In this document: piece after piece, positions 1 to 10,907 of the stretch
Position numbering within the stretch: the first letter of the stretch is position 1
Layout: the number at the start of each line of letters is the position of its first letter
Assembly (NCBI GenBank): GCA_022813965.1
Contig: JALDZS010000139.1
Coordinates: 44,581 to 64,580 of the forward strand
Origin: Toensbergia leucococca
Lineage: Eukaryota
DNA length: 20,000 nt
Direction: 5' to 3'
The notes under the pieces: generated by a model
Database searches by the model: none
Told to the model about the DNA's origin: nothing
The model's input: only the letters and a program-made list of their open reading frames with translations
Translations under genes and position numbers: made by a program

Positions 1-1266
1 AGTTACTTTCAGTGCTGTACATGAGAACCAAGCCCCTCCAAATCCGCCTGAGATGGAAGAAAGCTATGAACCCAAATCTTTTCAAGAGGGTTTCCTCGAC
101 GAGACAGACATATATGCCTCGCATCAGACCAATCCCAAAACTCACACATTCCATCCTGCCCTCCACCTTCGCATACCCCTACTTCCCACATATCGTATAA
201 TCTGTCTCATAAGATACTACTCTTACCGTCCGTCCATCAATCATCTGAGGGGGTCCATCAAAAAAACCATATCACATACTTCAGTAGTAGTGTATCTTTG
301 CAAAACAAAAAAGAAAGGGTAACCATGTCTGGATACATATATAGGTTCCTTTTGAGCGGAAGTTCTGATGGAAGCTGTGAAAATCGAAACAACATTTCAC
401 TTTGTGAGAGAAATTTTTCAATATGTTCTTTATATGTACTAGCTAGCTTCTTTTAATATATATATCTGATCTCTATACCTTCCTTCTTGCTTCAGATATA
501 AGTACACTTTCTTTGTTCAGAGGTGAGGGACTACCTATTGAAACTAGGAGACTGGAAGACTGGAAGAGCTATATTTTGCAATCTTGAGTCTGTTGAGTGA
601 GGAAGTGGGGGGGGAGGAAGTTTCAGCTTTTGACACTGATTCTGAAGGAGGAGGGGGATGCAGGATGCAGGATGAATACCTATGAACTCCGCTAGGGAGG
701 AATGAGCAAGGGGTGAGGTGATAGGTACCTGAGACTCCCACCCCACACAATAGGTAGATACAAATCTCATAGACCACAAAAAAAAATAAAACACCCTCAG
801 TCTCCAAAAGGGGTCAATCTTAGAACCCAGATTTTTGATGTCAGTAGTAATCTCATACACCGAACACATAATCTCATGCCAGATGCATGGTTACCCAAAA
901 AAAAAAAACAAAAACATCATTCTAGTAAACCCCCAACCCTCCCCCCCCACCCCCTACCCCCCCACCCCCCCAAAAAAAAGGCACGAAATAGATTCGCACA
1001 ACCCAAGAGATAGGGAACAAATGAGCAAAAAAAAAAAAAAGCACAATGAATTTTGCGCGAAAAAAAAAAGGTATGATATTGATATTGATATGATTCCTCC
1101 ACCATCTATCCAACTCCCACAGACATATCCTGCACAAGAGAGAACATGAAAACCCCCCTATTAACCAAAAACCCAAATTAACAGGATTCCTCCCCACTCC
1201 TTCAAGAGGAGACAACATCCCTCGCCACTCGAAATAACCAAAGATCATTCTTCACATCATCAACAC

Positions 1267-2937
1267 TCAAGCACCCAACTCCCTCCTCCAAACCTTCAAC
1301 GGCAACTCCCCAGGACTCAAATTAAATTGTTCCCGTCTACTCTGCTCCCACCCCTCATGCGGCAGCGCAAACTCGTACCGATGCACCACACTAGCCAACA
1401 GCACCGTCTGCTCCAAATAGCTAATGTTCCGCCCGATGCAACCCCGAGCTCCAGCGCTGAACGTGATGAAAAAAGCCTGCAACTCCTTTCCGCCTTCCTC
1501 TAGCCATCTTTCAGGGCGAAAGGCTTCAGGGTCCGGGAAGGCGACTTCATCTCTGTGGGCCACGTATGCAGAAATCGATACAGAGGTGTTGCCTGGAATG
1601 AAGTCGCCGAGGATGTTGGCGCCTTCAGGGGGTGTACGACGAGGGAGGCCGAAGGTAGAAGGGGGAAAGAGACGCATTGCTTCGTCGAGGCAGGCGCGGA
1701 GGTACGGAAGGTGTTTGACTTTATCGTAGGGAGCGATGATTTCATCGGGGTCGAGGACCGAGTCGATTTCGGTTCGAAGATGGGCAAGTGCTGTAGGGTT
1801 CTTGAGGAGCATGTACATAGCATTGTTCATGGCTATGGCGGTGGTATCGGAGCCGGCGTTCACTGGAAGTGTCAGTCACTGGCTGGTACATGATCAGATG
1901 GAGAGCTTACTCATTATGGAGATTTCGGCAACGATTTCGCCCCATTCAAGGCTGTTTGGGTTGCCGTTTTTGTCTTCCATTAAAGCGGTGAAGAAGTCGT
2001 CGAGTTTATCACCAGCGCGGTATCGAGCTAGACGCTTGGTGGCGCGGTGTAAGACAATGTCATTCCAGTCTTCGTTAAGACTCCACATCTTTCTGTAGCT
2101 GGGGGACAGAATACGAGTGACCTTTTGGAGGAATGGATACCAATCGTAAGCCCACACAATACCAGATTGAGCTCTGGCTGTTGCATGAAGACATTGTCTG
2201 TAATTAACTTCGTGGAGAGTTCCATCCATACGTTCGCCAGTGACTCGGTCATTGCCAGCATCTAAGAAGCCAAGACGTTCGCTCAGTCCAATGTCGGCAA
2301 TGGCATCGAGGGTGAAGAAGTTGGCGTAGGCTCGGTAGTCTACGGTCAAATCTTTGGGTTCGGGACGCTTGAAGCCAGGCTTCAGAGGAGCAGTACACTT
2401 GGCATCGAATGCCTTGATAAATCGTTCGGTTTTGTCGGCCACTTTGTGTTCCCATCCTTCAAGGTTCTTTAGTGCATATGCGCTTGATAGGACCTTTCGC
2501 TTTCGAGCATGATCTGCCTTGTCGACGACATCTGCGAGATGATAGTGGGTACCAGACAGAACTGTATAGAACTCGTCCTTGCCACATTTGGTATTATGGC
2601 CATAAATATCCTGTGAGGATCGTTAGATTTGGTCTTCGCATGTCGGGCTTTGAAAATGGAATGAACGTACCTTGATAGCAGGAAGAGCAGCGTAAGACAG
2701 GGAATTGGGACCAATGCGAACGACGGGATTATTTTTGTGAGCGGCCAAAAGAGCATTGGAACGGAAGCCTTTATGTGCTTCCCATACGAAGCCAAGATCG
2801 GTGATGCCAGATAAGGGATTGAGATTTGGGTATTTTCGAAGTCCTTTGGGGTCTCTCCAGTAGTTCAAAAGGGGTATCAAAACAAGATATGTGAGAAGTG
2901 AAAAGACACCAAAGGCCAGTGCTAGGTTTCCGTACAT
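1267..2937 (-). CDS. CYP630: Cytochrome P450 monooxygenase, CYP53-clan/benzoate-4-monooxygenase-like, probably CYP630 family; complement(join(1267..1862,1911..2610,2671..2937)), 520 aa
   Basis: N-terminal TM anchor (LALAFGVFSLLTYLVLIPLL), then PKGLRKYP and VVRIGPNSLS. I-helix AGSDTT, EAMR (ExxR), PERW and heme motif FSAGARGCIG are present. Intron 1 is 2670-2611 (GTACGT...CTAAC...CACAG). Intron 2 is 1910-1863 (GTAAGC...CTGAC...CCAG). Splicing gives one continuous 1563-nt frame. P450 identity is very secure; the CYP630 label is inferred mainly from the divergent CPR neighbour. Confidence 0.95.
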
Positions 2938-3865
2938 GATGAAGAGGATGGGGGAGAAGTGGAAGAGGTTCGACAGTGATATCCTTTTGGTTGTGCCCCT
3001 TGCCTCGCCAGTAAGACTGATGAATTAATTCTCAGTGAAGGTAATAGTTGAGTATACGAGTATATAGATGGTGGATATGTCCTCTGAGATTGAAAGTGAC
3101 TGTAATGGTTGTGTTTGTGATAGAGACGGTCCAAGAGAAAGACGTTATATGGCTGCATTATGGTGAGTGGTACTATCTCCGTGCACTCGACGTTGCTTGG
3201 CCCAGCAGCAGTGGAGTGGTGGGGCTGATAGACTCTGGCCATGACTGAAAGACTGATAGGTAGACTCGGATGGACAGAAGTGGCTCATTTCCACCTTGAT
3301 TTTTACTACAAGGAATCGATATTCGGATTCGGCTAGCCTCGGCGAAGATGGCTAGCGCTACTACCTTAATTAAACATCCTTCATTGTCCCACTTTTTCCC
3401 TCTGTCCCTCTTTCCCCACCATCCACCATCTTCCCATCTTAGCCACTCTGCTAGTACTTCCCCGCCTTTAAATTGCCTGATGTGCATAGACTTTCGGCAT
3501 CCATCGACACTCTGCCGCCTCTGGAGGCCGGGCCTAGAGCAAGACTGCCATCCACACTTGCATCTGACATCCATCCAGACGTCTCTGCATTTGGCACATC
3601 ATGAAATCCCTAACCATCCATCTAGAGGCAAGTGTGGCCAAGTGCTTCTGTCAAGGGAAATGTGTGCGGCGCCTCGGCACAAAGCATAATTCTAATACAG
3701 TGTCATTTTTGAGTGAGGAAGAATGTTGAGATCAATATCAGAAGCATGTTGTGATATATACAGTGCATCTCATTTCATATCTGCTTTCAATCTGGACATC
3801 TTGCGTTGTGGCTCATTTCTCCGTCTTGTTGTTGGACTGAAACAGCCCGAATTTACAATTCTCCA
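2938..3865. promoter_or_regulatory. Bidirectional promoter shared by the P450 and the reductase, with two GCCTCGGC elements (3336-3343, 3671-3678) containing the CCTCGG FarA/FarB/Ctf1 core
   Basis: 928 bp separate two divergent ATGs (2937 minus, 3866 plus). An identical 8-mer GCCTCGGC occurs twice, with a near match GCCTCGCC at 3002-3009. Confidence 0.6.
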
Positions 3866-6067
3866 ATGGCCGCCGTCATGTCATCTACTACTTTCCTTCC
3901 TATCACTATATCAGATCTCTTTTACAATACCCGGGGCATTGGCATCGACGACTTTACCGCTTTGGTCTTGATTACTCTTTTGACAGCGGGCTATTTCCTC
4001 CGGGGAATTGTGTGGGATAAACCAGATCCATACCACCATGTCTGGTTTGAAAGGCCTCAAGAAAATGCTGGAGCTGCCAGAAATCAAGAGACACGAGATA
4101 TCGCACAGAAGCTTGAAGAAGCGGTAAGGGCAGATATCTTTAGATATTCAAAATACACAAGTCTGACCTTATAATAGCAAAAGGATGTTGTTATCTTCTG
4201 GGGCTCACAGTCCGGAACTGCTGAAGGATTTGCAAACAGGCTTGCTCGAGACCTTCACCATTTGTTTGGAGTTCCTGTGATAGCCGCCGATCTCTCAGAC
4301 TACGATCCAGCATCAATAGCTCTGATTCCAAAAGCAAAATTTGCAATCTTCATCATGTCAACATACGGTGAAGGAGACCCAAGTGACAATGCCAACGAAC
4401 TTTGGTCCTGGCTCAGGTCAGACAAGAAGGTTGATTTGTCAAATCTTCGATACGCAGCCTTTGGGTTGGGTAACAAGAACTATAATCTCTACAATCGCGT
4501 GATCGAGGTTGTCACTCAAGCACTCGACCAATTCGGAGCCAAGAGTTTACTACCAGTTGGCCGAGCTGACGACTCGGAAGGAGCGACCGAGGAAGACTTC
4601 ATGGAGTGGAAGGAATCACTATTCTCAATGTTCCACAATGACTTGCATTATGAAGAAAGGCATGTAGAATACGAGCCAACGCTGTCTATTGTTGAGGATG
4701 AATCTATGACAAGCATCGACTGCCATCTCGGTACTCCTGTTCCTCAGCGAGACATCAAAAAACAAGTGTCCGTTAGCTCGCCAATACGACCTTTATCGGT
4801 GAAGGTATCCAAGGAGCTTTTCACGACGCCAACTCGAAATTGTATCCATATGGAATTGGACCTCAATCAGTACCCTGAACTCAAGTACAAGACCGGTGAC
4901 CACCTCGGCGTCTGGGCAATGAATCCAGATATCGAAGTCGAACGCCTCCTTCGTGTGCTGGACCTTCAAGAGAAAAAGGACGTTCCCATTTCCATCGCGT
5001 CACTTGATCCTGCAGTGAAGATAAAGGTTCCCACCCCTGCCACTGTTGAGTCATTATTTCGATACTATCTTGAGATCTGTGGACCTGTCTCGAGAGACAC
5101 TGTTCTTGCTCTTGCTCAATTCGCTCCCACGCCATCCGCCAAGGAGCTTCTCACTAAATTAGGCAAGGACCGAGAAGCATTCAACTCTCATGTCGCACTT
5201 AATCATGTCAATTTTGGTCGATTACTCGAGTCCGCAGTACAAGCTGGAGGCTCCTGGAGACATGTTCCCCTTTCTTTCGTGGTGGAAACACTGCCGGTCA
5301 TGAATCCTCGATATTACTCCATCTCTTCCTCGTCAATCGTTCAGCCAAGACAGGCTGCTATCACTGCAGTCGTCTCGGAGGAGCGATTGAAGAATAGCCT
5401 CCAAGAACGTGTCCCCGGTCTGGCAACGAATTACATGCTCGCAGTGAAACAATCGCTAAACAGCGAAGGCGGCCCACAGCCTCATCCACACGGCCTCAGT
5501 TATGCTCTAGATGGGCCTAATCAAACTCTCGAAGACGGTAAACTTCAAGTCCATATTCGTAAATCCAAATTCAAACTCCCTACAGCATCGACATATCCCA
5601 TAGTTATGGTGGCATCCGGGACGGGCATTGCACCTTTTCGTGGCTTTCTCCAAGAGCGGGCTCGGCTAAAGACCATGGGCCGTGACGTCGGCCGTATGAT
5701 CCTCTTCTTCGGTTGCCGCAGTGCCGAAGAAGATTTTCTGTACCAGGCAGAACTTGTCGAATTCGAGCAAACACTCGGTGACTCTCTTCAAATCATCACC
5801 GCTTTCTCAAGGCAAGAAGTCAACGTAGATGGCTCCAAAGTGTATGTGCAGGATCGAATCGAGGAGCACTTTCTCAGTATTTCGAAACTGTTGCTGGAGT
5901 CCGGAGCGTACTTTTACATCTGCGGGTCGGCTAGTATGGCGCGGGATGTTACGAGGCGGCTTGGAGGATGTTTTGAAAAGGAGAATGGGTGGAATGAGGG
6001 GAAGATGCGGGGGTGGTTGAAGCAGCAGAAGACGGTGAGGAAGTGGCAAGAAGATGTTTGGGGGTAG
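3866..6067 (+). CDS. cpr2: NADPH-cytochrome P450 reductase, probably the secondary CPR2 class; join(3866..4123,4178..6067), 715 aa
   Basis: N-terminal TM segment (DDFTALVLITLLTAGYFLRG). FMN motifs FWGSQSGTAE, STYGEGDP and FGLGNKNY. FAD motifs RYYSISSS and GLATNY. NADPH motifs ASGTGIAPFRGF, FFGCR, AFSR, KVYVQD and YICG. C-terminus WQEDVWG. The intron 4124-4177 (GTAAGG...CTGAC...TAG) joins ORF 3806..4174 in frame with ORF 4262..6067. An alternative start exists at ATG 3878. The CPR2 subclass is inferred from context. Confidence 0.96.
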
Positions 6068-6865
6068 GAGTGTTTGGGATTTCTGGGGTCAGGGAATAAG
6101 AGATGCATGTGCGCAGGCGTTGGTTGGCGTATGGTAGATTAGATTCGGGAATGTCTTTATCTTGTCAGATGGACAAAGTCAAAGGTACTACTGTCATAGA
6201 ACACCTTTCAATATTAGCCCCATGCTGCTCATTTTCCTAGGTGCTTCACATCTCTCCTAGGCCAAGATGTATACCCAGAGACTGCCACTTCAAACCAATT
6301 GTGTTGCACCTTCTTCACCCAATCTTATCCTCCCCTTTGCTCATAACAGCATATCCACCCTCCCCCCCTACCCGTACACAATTCCATTTCCCAGAGGAAC
6401 CCAAAATACATCCCCCCTTCCCAACCAAAAAAGCCCCTATCACAGACGCTACATCACTCAATCCCGACCTCTGCAGTCGGCGTCTAAATAACCTAATCAT
6501 CAACTCCCTCGCACACCATTCACAGGCAGAGTAAAAGCCGGGTTGGAAGCACAAGTTCAGCTAAAACGACCACGCACTTTCATTGAAGAGAGCTAGTACG
6601 GACTTGGCGGGAGAGGCTGACCTACCTATCTCAAAACGTCGGAGCTCGGCTTAAGTTTCGCGCCTTCGAGCTTTATTAAATTCTACATCACAACTCCTCA
6701 CAATAGCTCCCCAACCTCTCATCCCCTTGCGCCCCCATCCATCACACCAGCACAACTCCCATCTCCGCACCCACCATGACTCCCAATTTATCCCGACCAT
6801 AGGCCCCCTGGGGGCGGCGCCCCACCCCGAACACCTCGCGAAGAAGACACAACTAGCTCAAATCC

Positions 6866-7790
6866 CCAGGCTCCGACTTCACGAAACCCCCCCACCCACA
6901 GCAACACCAACCCATAGCCACCCCCCTTCCAAACCCTCCATCTCAAGCGCACACGTCTACATCTCCAGCGTCTTCAAAGGAGGGCACCAAGCCGCGCAGC
7001 AGCCCCCTCACAAATCCGCCAGATCCGGCGCCGCAGCCCATCGCGATCCACTCTCCGCTCCCTCGATCCCGATATCCTTCACATAGCCAAGGTAGGCAGG
7101 CGGGGAAAGCGGCCCCGAAAAAAACCCTGAGGGTGCAGCTCGAGGTGACGGACCGAGCGAGCGTGAAGGACGTGGCGAAGGGGGTGGGGAAGGGCCTTTT
7201 GGGCGATTGGACATCTTGGTCAATAATGGTAGGATAGTGATGACATCGCAAACCCCATCGCAGAGAGCGATCCAGACGAATAATGGGGTTCCTACGTCGT
7301 CAACACGCGCGGACTGTACCTTGTCACAAGAGCTTTCTTGCCCGTGATATTGGTGGGAGGCGAGAAGCGGATCGTCAACGTCACATCAAATAGAGCCCAT
7401 TAGCAGCTCAAGAGCATGAGCACTTACCAGAGTGGGAAGCTAGCTTTGCTACGATGGACCGATTTTACCAATGCGGAATGCGGCGAGCAAGGAGTTATAG
7501 CATTTGCGATGCATAATTGCTAAGAATATGGCAACGGACATTACGGCAAATCTACCGGAGATGAACCATGGTGAGTCTAGTGTATATGAGAGTGGAATGG
7601 ATTACTCTATTGCTGATTCTACATTAGACTTTTTGTGCGACAAACCTGAGCTTGCTGCTGATACCATAGCCTTTCTTGCTCGAGAAAGGCGACAATGGCT
7701 AGCAGGTAGATAAGTAAGCTGCAATTGGGACATGTCCGATTTCCTGTCTGAAAAAAGAGATAATTGTTAAAGGGTAAAATGGCACTGTAG
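6866..7790 (+). pseudogene. Short-chain dehydrogenase/reductase (classical fungal SDR) pseudogene
   Basis: Fragments in shifting frames reproduce the SDR motif order: GSDFTK (6869), decayed Rossmann motif HVYISSVFKGG, LEVTDRASVKDVAK (~7139), GRLDILVNNG (7201-7230), PIAESDPDE*WGSYVVNTRGLYLVTRAFLP...RIVNVTS, catalytic YQSGK (7425-7439), EQGVIAFAMH, then intron 7571-7627 (GTGAGT...CTGAT...TAG), DKPELAADTIAFLARERRQWLAGR*VSCNWDM, and KMAL* (7790). In-frame stops lie at 7281, 7401 and 7711, with several frameshifts. The 5' boundary is uncertain (possible ATG at 6776). Confidence 0.85.
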
Positions 7791-7966
7791 TCACAGAATG
7801 AGGAACAGCAATTCAGCCTTTTTAAGAACCATCTTCATGATGCGTTAATCCTTCGCGACAGCAACCATGCTGGGAAACATGGGAGGAAATTACAATGCTC
7901 TCATTTTAGTGCAAATAAGACGGCTTTGCGTGCTCTCCCTCGCTCCTTATGGCCCCCTCGTACCTT

Positions 7967-8419
7967 CTACTCATGACGCATGAGATTGGTGAAGTCGTTT
8001 CCCAGTACCATCATGGGCCCAAGGTCTTTGGGCCTGATTGAGAGACTGATTTCGTTTTTGAGTTCCTCGATCTCGCGTGCCTGATTTGCAACAGTCAGTC
8101 TCGTGGACTCGATTTCCAAGCGAATCTGAACGAGTTCCGCATCCTTGTTTTGGATGCTGATCACAGCCCGATTGTGGTCATGAATTAGAAGAGTCATTCT
8201 CTCTTGATATTAGTGGACTCGGGATATCAATTCCAACTTGTCGGCCCGGAGGTCTTCATTGCTGCGCCGGAGAAGGTCTTCGTTACTAAGTTGGAGACGA
8301 ATCTTTTCGGAGCGCAGGTCTTCGAGTTCAGAGCGTTTGGCGACAGTCACAGCTGGGGGAAGAGCAAGCGTGGATGATTTGGATGTGGCGGGCGCAGAAA
8401 AGCTCGGGCGGGTCGTCAA
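7967..8419 (-). pseudogene. Candidate disrupted coiled-coil protein gene of unknown family
   Basis: ORFs 8210..8419 and 7967..8197 are in the same frame, separated only by TAA at 8212-8210 and YQER. The joined product has heptad-like E/K/L/R-rich composition (SELEDLRSEKIRLQLSNEDLL...NQAREIEELKNEIS). No family recognised. Confidence 0.4.
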
Positions 8420-10794
8420 CGTCAGGCGTCACCAAGAAGATGAGGTTGTGGTAGAGAGGTTGGGATACTCCCAAGAGCCATTTCAGTGGCATTGACAGAT
8501 ATTGCAAGGCACTGGGAAAAGAGCAAACTTACTGGCTTATATTGAATGTTCTTCGATGTTTTGGAGATAAAAGTAAAGCTCTTGCTTCTGGGAATGGGGA
8601 TGGGTTGGGTTAAGATTGGGTGAAACGAGATGGGAGGCGGCCACCCAATATGGAATAAGCTTACTCTTGCCATCTCTACCTTCCTTGTTTTCCAGTCTTC
8701 TACTCGCATGTCACGTACATTCATCGCCATTACTGTCAAGCCAAGTCGGCACATCTCTTAAGTAACAGACTCTCAAGTGTGCGATTTTCAACTACCGCAA
8801 AAGAGGCTACAGGGGTATTTGTACAGTGCTAAAAGAAGGTGCGTATTGTAACGTGTCGTACTGTCTCTCTCAGGATCAGCAACGAAGAATGCATGCAAGC
8901 AGAGAGTAAGTTACTTGAAGATATACAGGGGTGTCAGCTTTTGGTACACGATATCACATTAGTAGAGAGTTGAGTGCCTTGCCTTATATAGCAGACCTCG
9001 GTGGTTGTGGCTTGAAAGAGAGTCGGAATGAAAGGTCCGTAAAACATCAGGCGGCATGTGCTTAAAGCGATGTCTAATAATGATGCAAAATGCTTATTAT
9101 ACGCTCATTCTACCTGCGATACTCGGATACTCTCAATTTGTGGCGTTGGCGCCGTTGTCGAGAGCGTTCGAGGGCATTAGTCTTGGTGATTAGGCGGCGA
9201 GTATAGGCAGGCTTCATTGTGGAGCAGAAGACATTGAGATAACATGTAAAGGGTGCAATAGGGTATGTTCGATACGCTCATTGTATTAAAATGGTTGCAA
9301 TAGTGGAGGACGTCATTGGCCACTCAAGCAGCCTACCTACCTATCCACTATCTTCATTCAATGCACATTGACTCGGCTACGTCTTACGCTCTCGTCCGAT
9401 GCGTGGTGGCATCATAAAAAGTCACCCACCAGATTCGGTAGAACCGCCAAACGCGTTCCGTTTCACATTTCCATTTCCATTTCGGCTTCCGCTACCCGCT
9501 AGAATTGCATCTATAGATGATGGGGAACATTCATCCCAGCCCATCATTTCGATCGCTGAATTTACGTTGTACAAGTTCTCCCTATCTCCGTAAATGGACT
9601 GGTTTTCACCCATCGTCCGTCATTCTTTACATCCATTATGCAATACAACATCAAATCGGCAACTCTGGTCCTTCTCTCTTTACATTCGCCAACGTACGCT
9701 CATATCTCTCCGTCGAACTCAAACACCTCAATATAAATGACGATCACCTCGGTACGAAGCATTTGTAAGCACGCTGGTGATCTGACTTGACCTAAATGAG
9801 AAAAGCCCTGAGGTGATAAGAAAGGAATGCCCTGACAAGGGCTAAATGGCGGGCTGGAAATCACTCATATACACACAGCCTACATTCTCCTAATTTAAAG
9901 TCCTTAGCAATCAAAAGTCTTATAACCAAAAGTACTGACCTCAATGGGGAGCATACCATCAGGCGTATTAATATTTGACTACATTTTCATAGGATCACTG
10001 AAGGCGCGATGACCAAGTCCTGGTTATATACCATCTGACCATTTATGTTAAGGCAGTAGTTTCCGACTGTTAGGAAGGTCAAAGATTTGATGATAGCAAA
10101 GATATAGTTCGAATTTACTATATTTCCCAAGCACGATAATATCAATGGATTAGAAGTTGCCAAGTTCTCAGTTTGACCGTCATCACGAGAAGTAGGACAC
10201 TTCGCGATCTCCTAATCTCAATCGGGAAACAGAGAAATGGAATAAATCGCGATTACTTTCAAGCACAAACTGGGGTCGTCAGGAAGGATCAGCCAAGATC
10301 GATACACGGCGCGGATCAAGATGGACAGGCAAGATTTATATGAGGGTAGGGTAAGAGTAAATAAAGTTGCTGTAGAGAAACAGGCGCAAGGCGTTTTGAG
10401 AAAGGAAAGCTGGCATGATATTTTCGTGAAAGCCGAATTACTCCGTAGGTCTTGATGTATTGCGCGAGGCACGAGGTTGAGCGTATTTTTATGGGCGATC
10501 TAGGAGGTGATTGGTGGGAAAAAGCGGCACAGCTGCTGGGCTGACGAGGCAAACGTTTGAGGAATTTAGTTCTATTTGCCTTGGCTGGCAACGGTCAAGG
10601 CGATACAACAAAATGCTGACGGGGCTTCTTATCACGGATCTCATTCTATATTACCTACCTAGGTCAATCAATGTAGATCATTGACGGTTTTTTAGCGCGG
10701 ATGAATGGTAGTATTGAATTACTCGATACAGAATTTAATCTCATGCAAAAAATGCAAATCACGAGCGAGCGGACCTAGGCAGAACAGATTTAAA

Positions 10795-10838
10795 TGATAG
10801 GCTGATAGGCTGATAGGCTTTTAGGCTTTCTGATAGGC
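10795..10838 (+). repeat. Short tandem repeat (TGATAGGC)x3, one degenerate copy and one further exact copy
   Basis: TGATAGGC at 10795, 10803, 10811 and 10831; TTTTAGGC at 10819. Confidence 0.9.
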
Positions 10839-10900
10839 TCGAATCTCGACAGGATACGTGTCCGGCTTTTTCCTTTTTCCGCTATTCTAGGCTCAGTCGC

Positions 10901-10907
10901 TGACTCA
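10901..10907. promoter_or_regulatory. Perfect TGACTCA (Gcn4/CpcA/AP-1-type bZIP site) upstream of the zinc-finger gene
   Basis: TGACTCA about 190 bp upstream of ATG 11096, within the imperfect palindrome GGCTCAGTC-GCT-GACTCAGCC (10890-10910). Function is not demonstrated. Confidence 0.3.

Noticed and set aside
1..322. Short ORFs at the window start (9..191, 12..200, 53..322)
   Set aside because: No recognisable motif or consistent splice structure. This could be the end of a gene outside the window, but it cannot be supported here.
835..1248. K/P-rich and F/G-rich ORFs 835..1149, 917..1105 and 922..1248
   Set aside because: They are translations of A and C homopolymer runs, not protein-like.
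1424..2795. Antisense and alternate-frame ORFs over the P450
   Set aside because: Shadow frames of the well-supported P450 exons.
2922..3971. ORFs within the P450-CPR intergenic region
   Set aside because: No motifs, mutually overlapping, and located in the expected promoter/UTR space.
1267..6067. Possible P450-reductase fusion (CYP505/P450foxy type)
   Set aside because: The two genes are on opposite strands and each has its own N-terminal membrane anchor.
9399..10600. Protein-like snippets (e.g. RYERTLANVKREGPELPI on minus ~9650-9710; YCARHEVERIFMGDLGGDWWEKAAQLLG on plus ~10455-10543)
   Set aside because: Short, stop-interrupted and no family recognised. BLASTX would be needed before calling pseudogenes.
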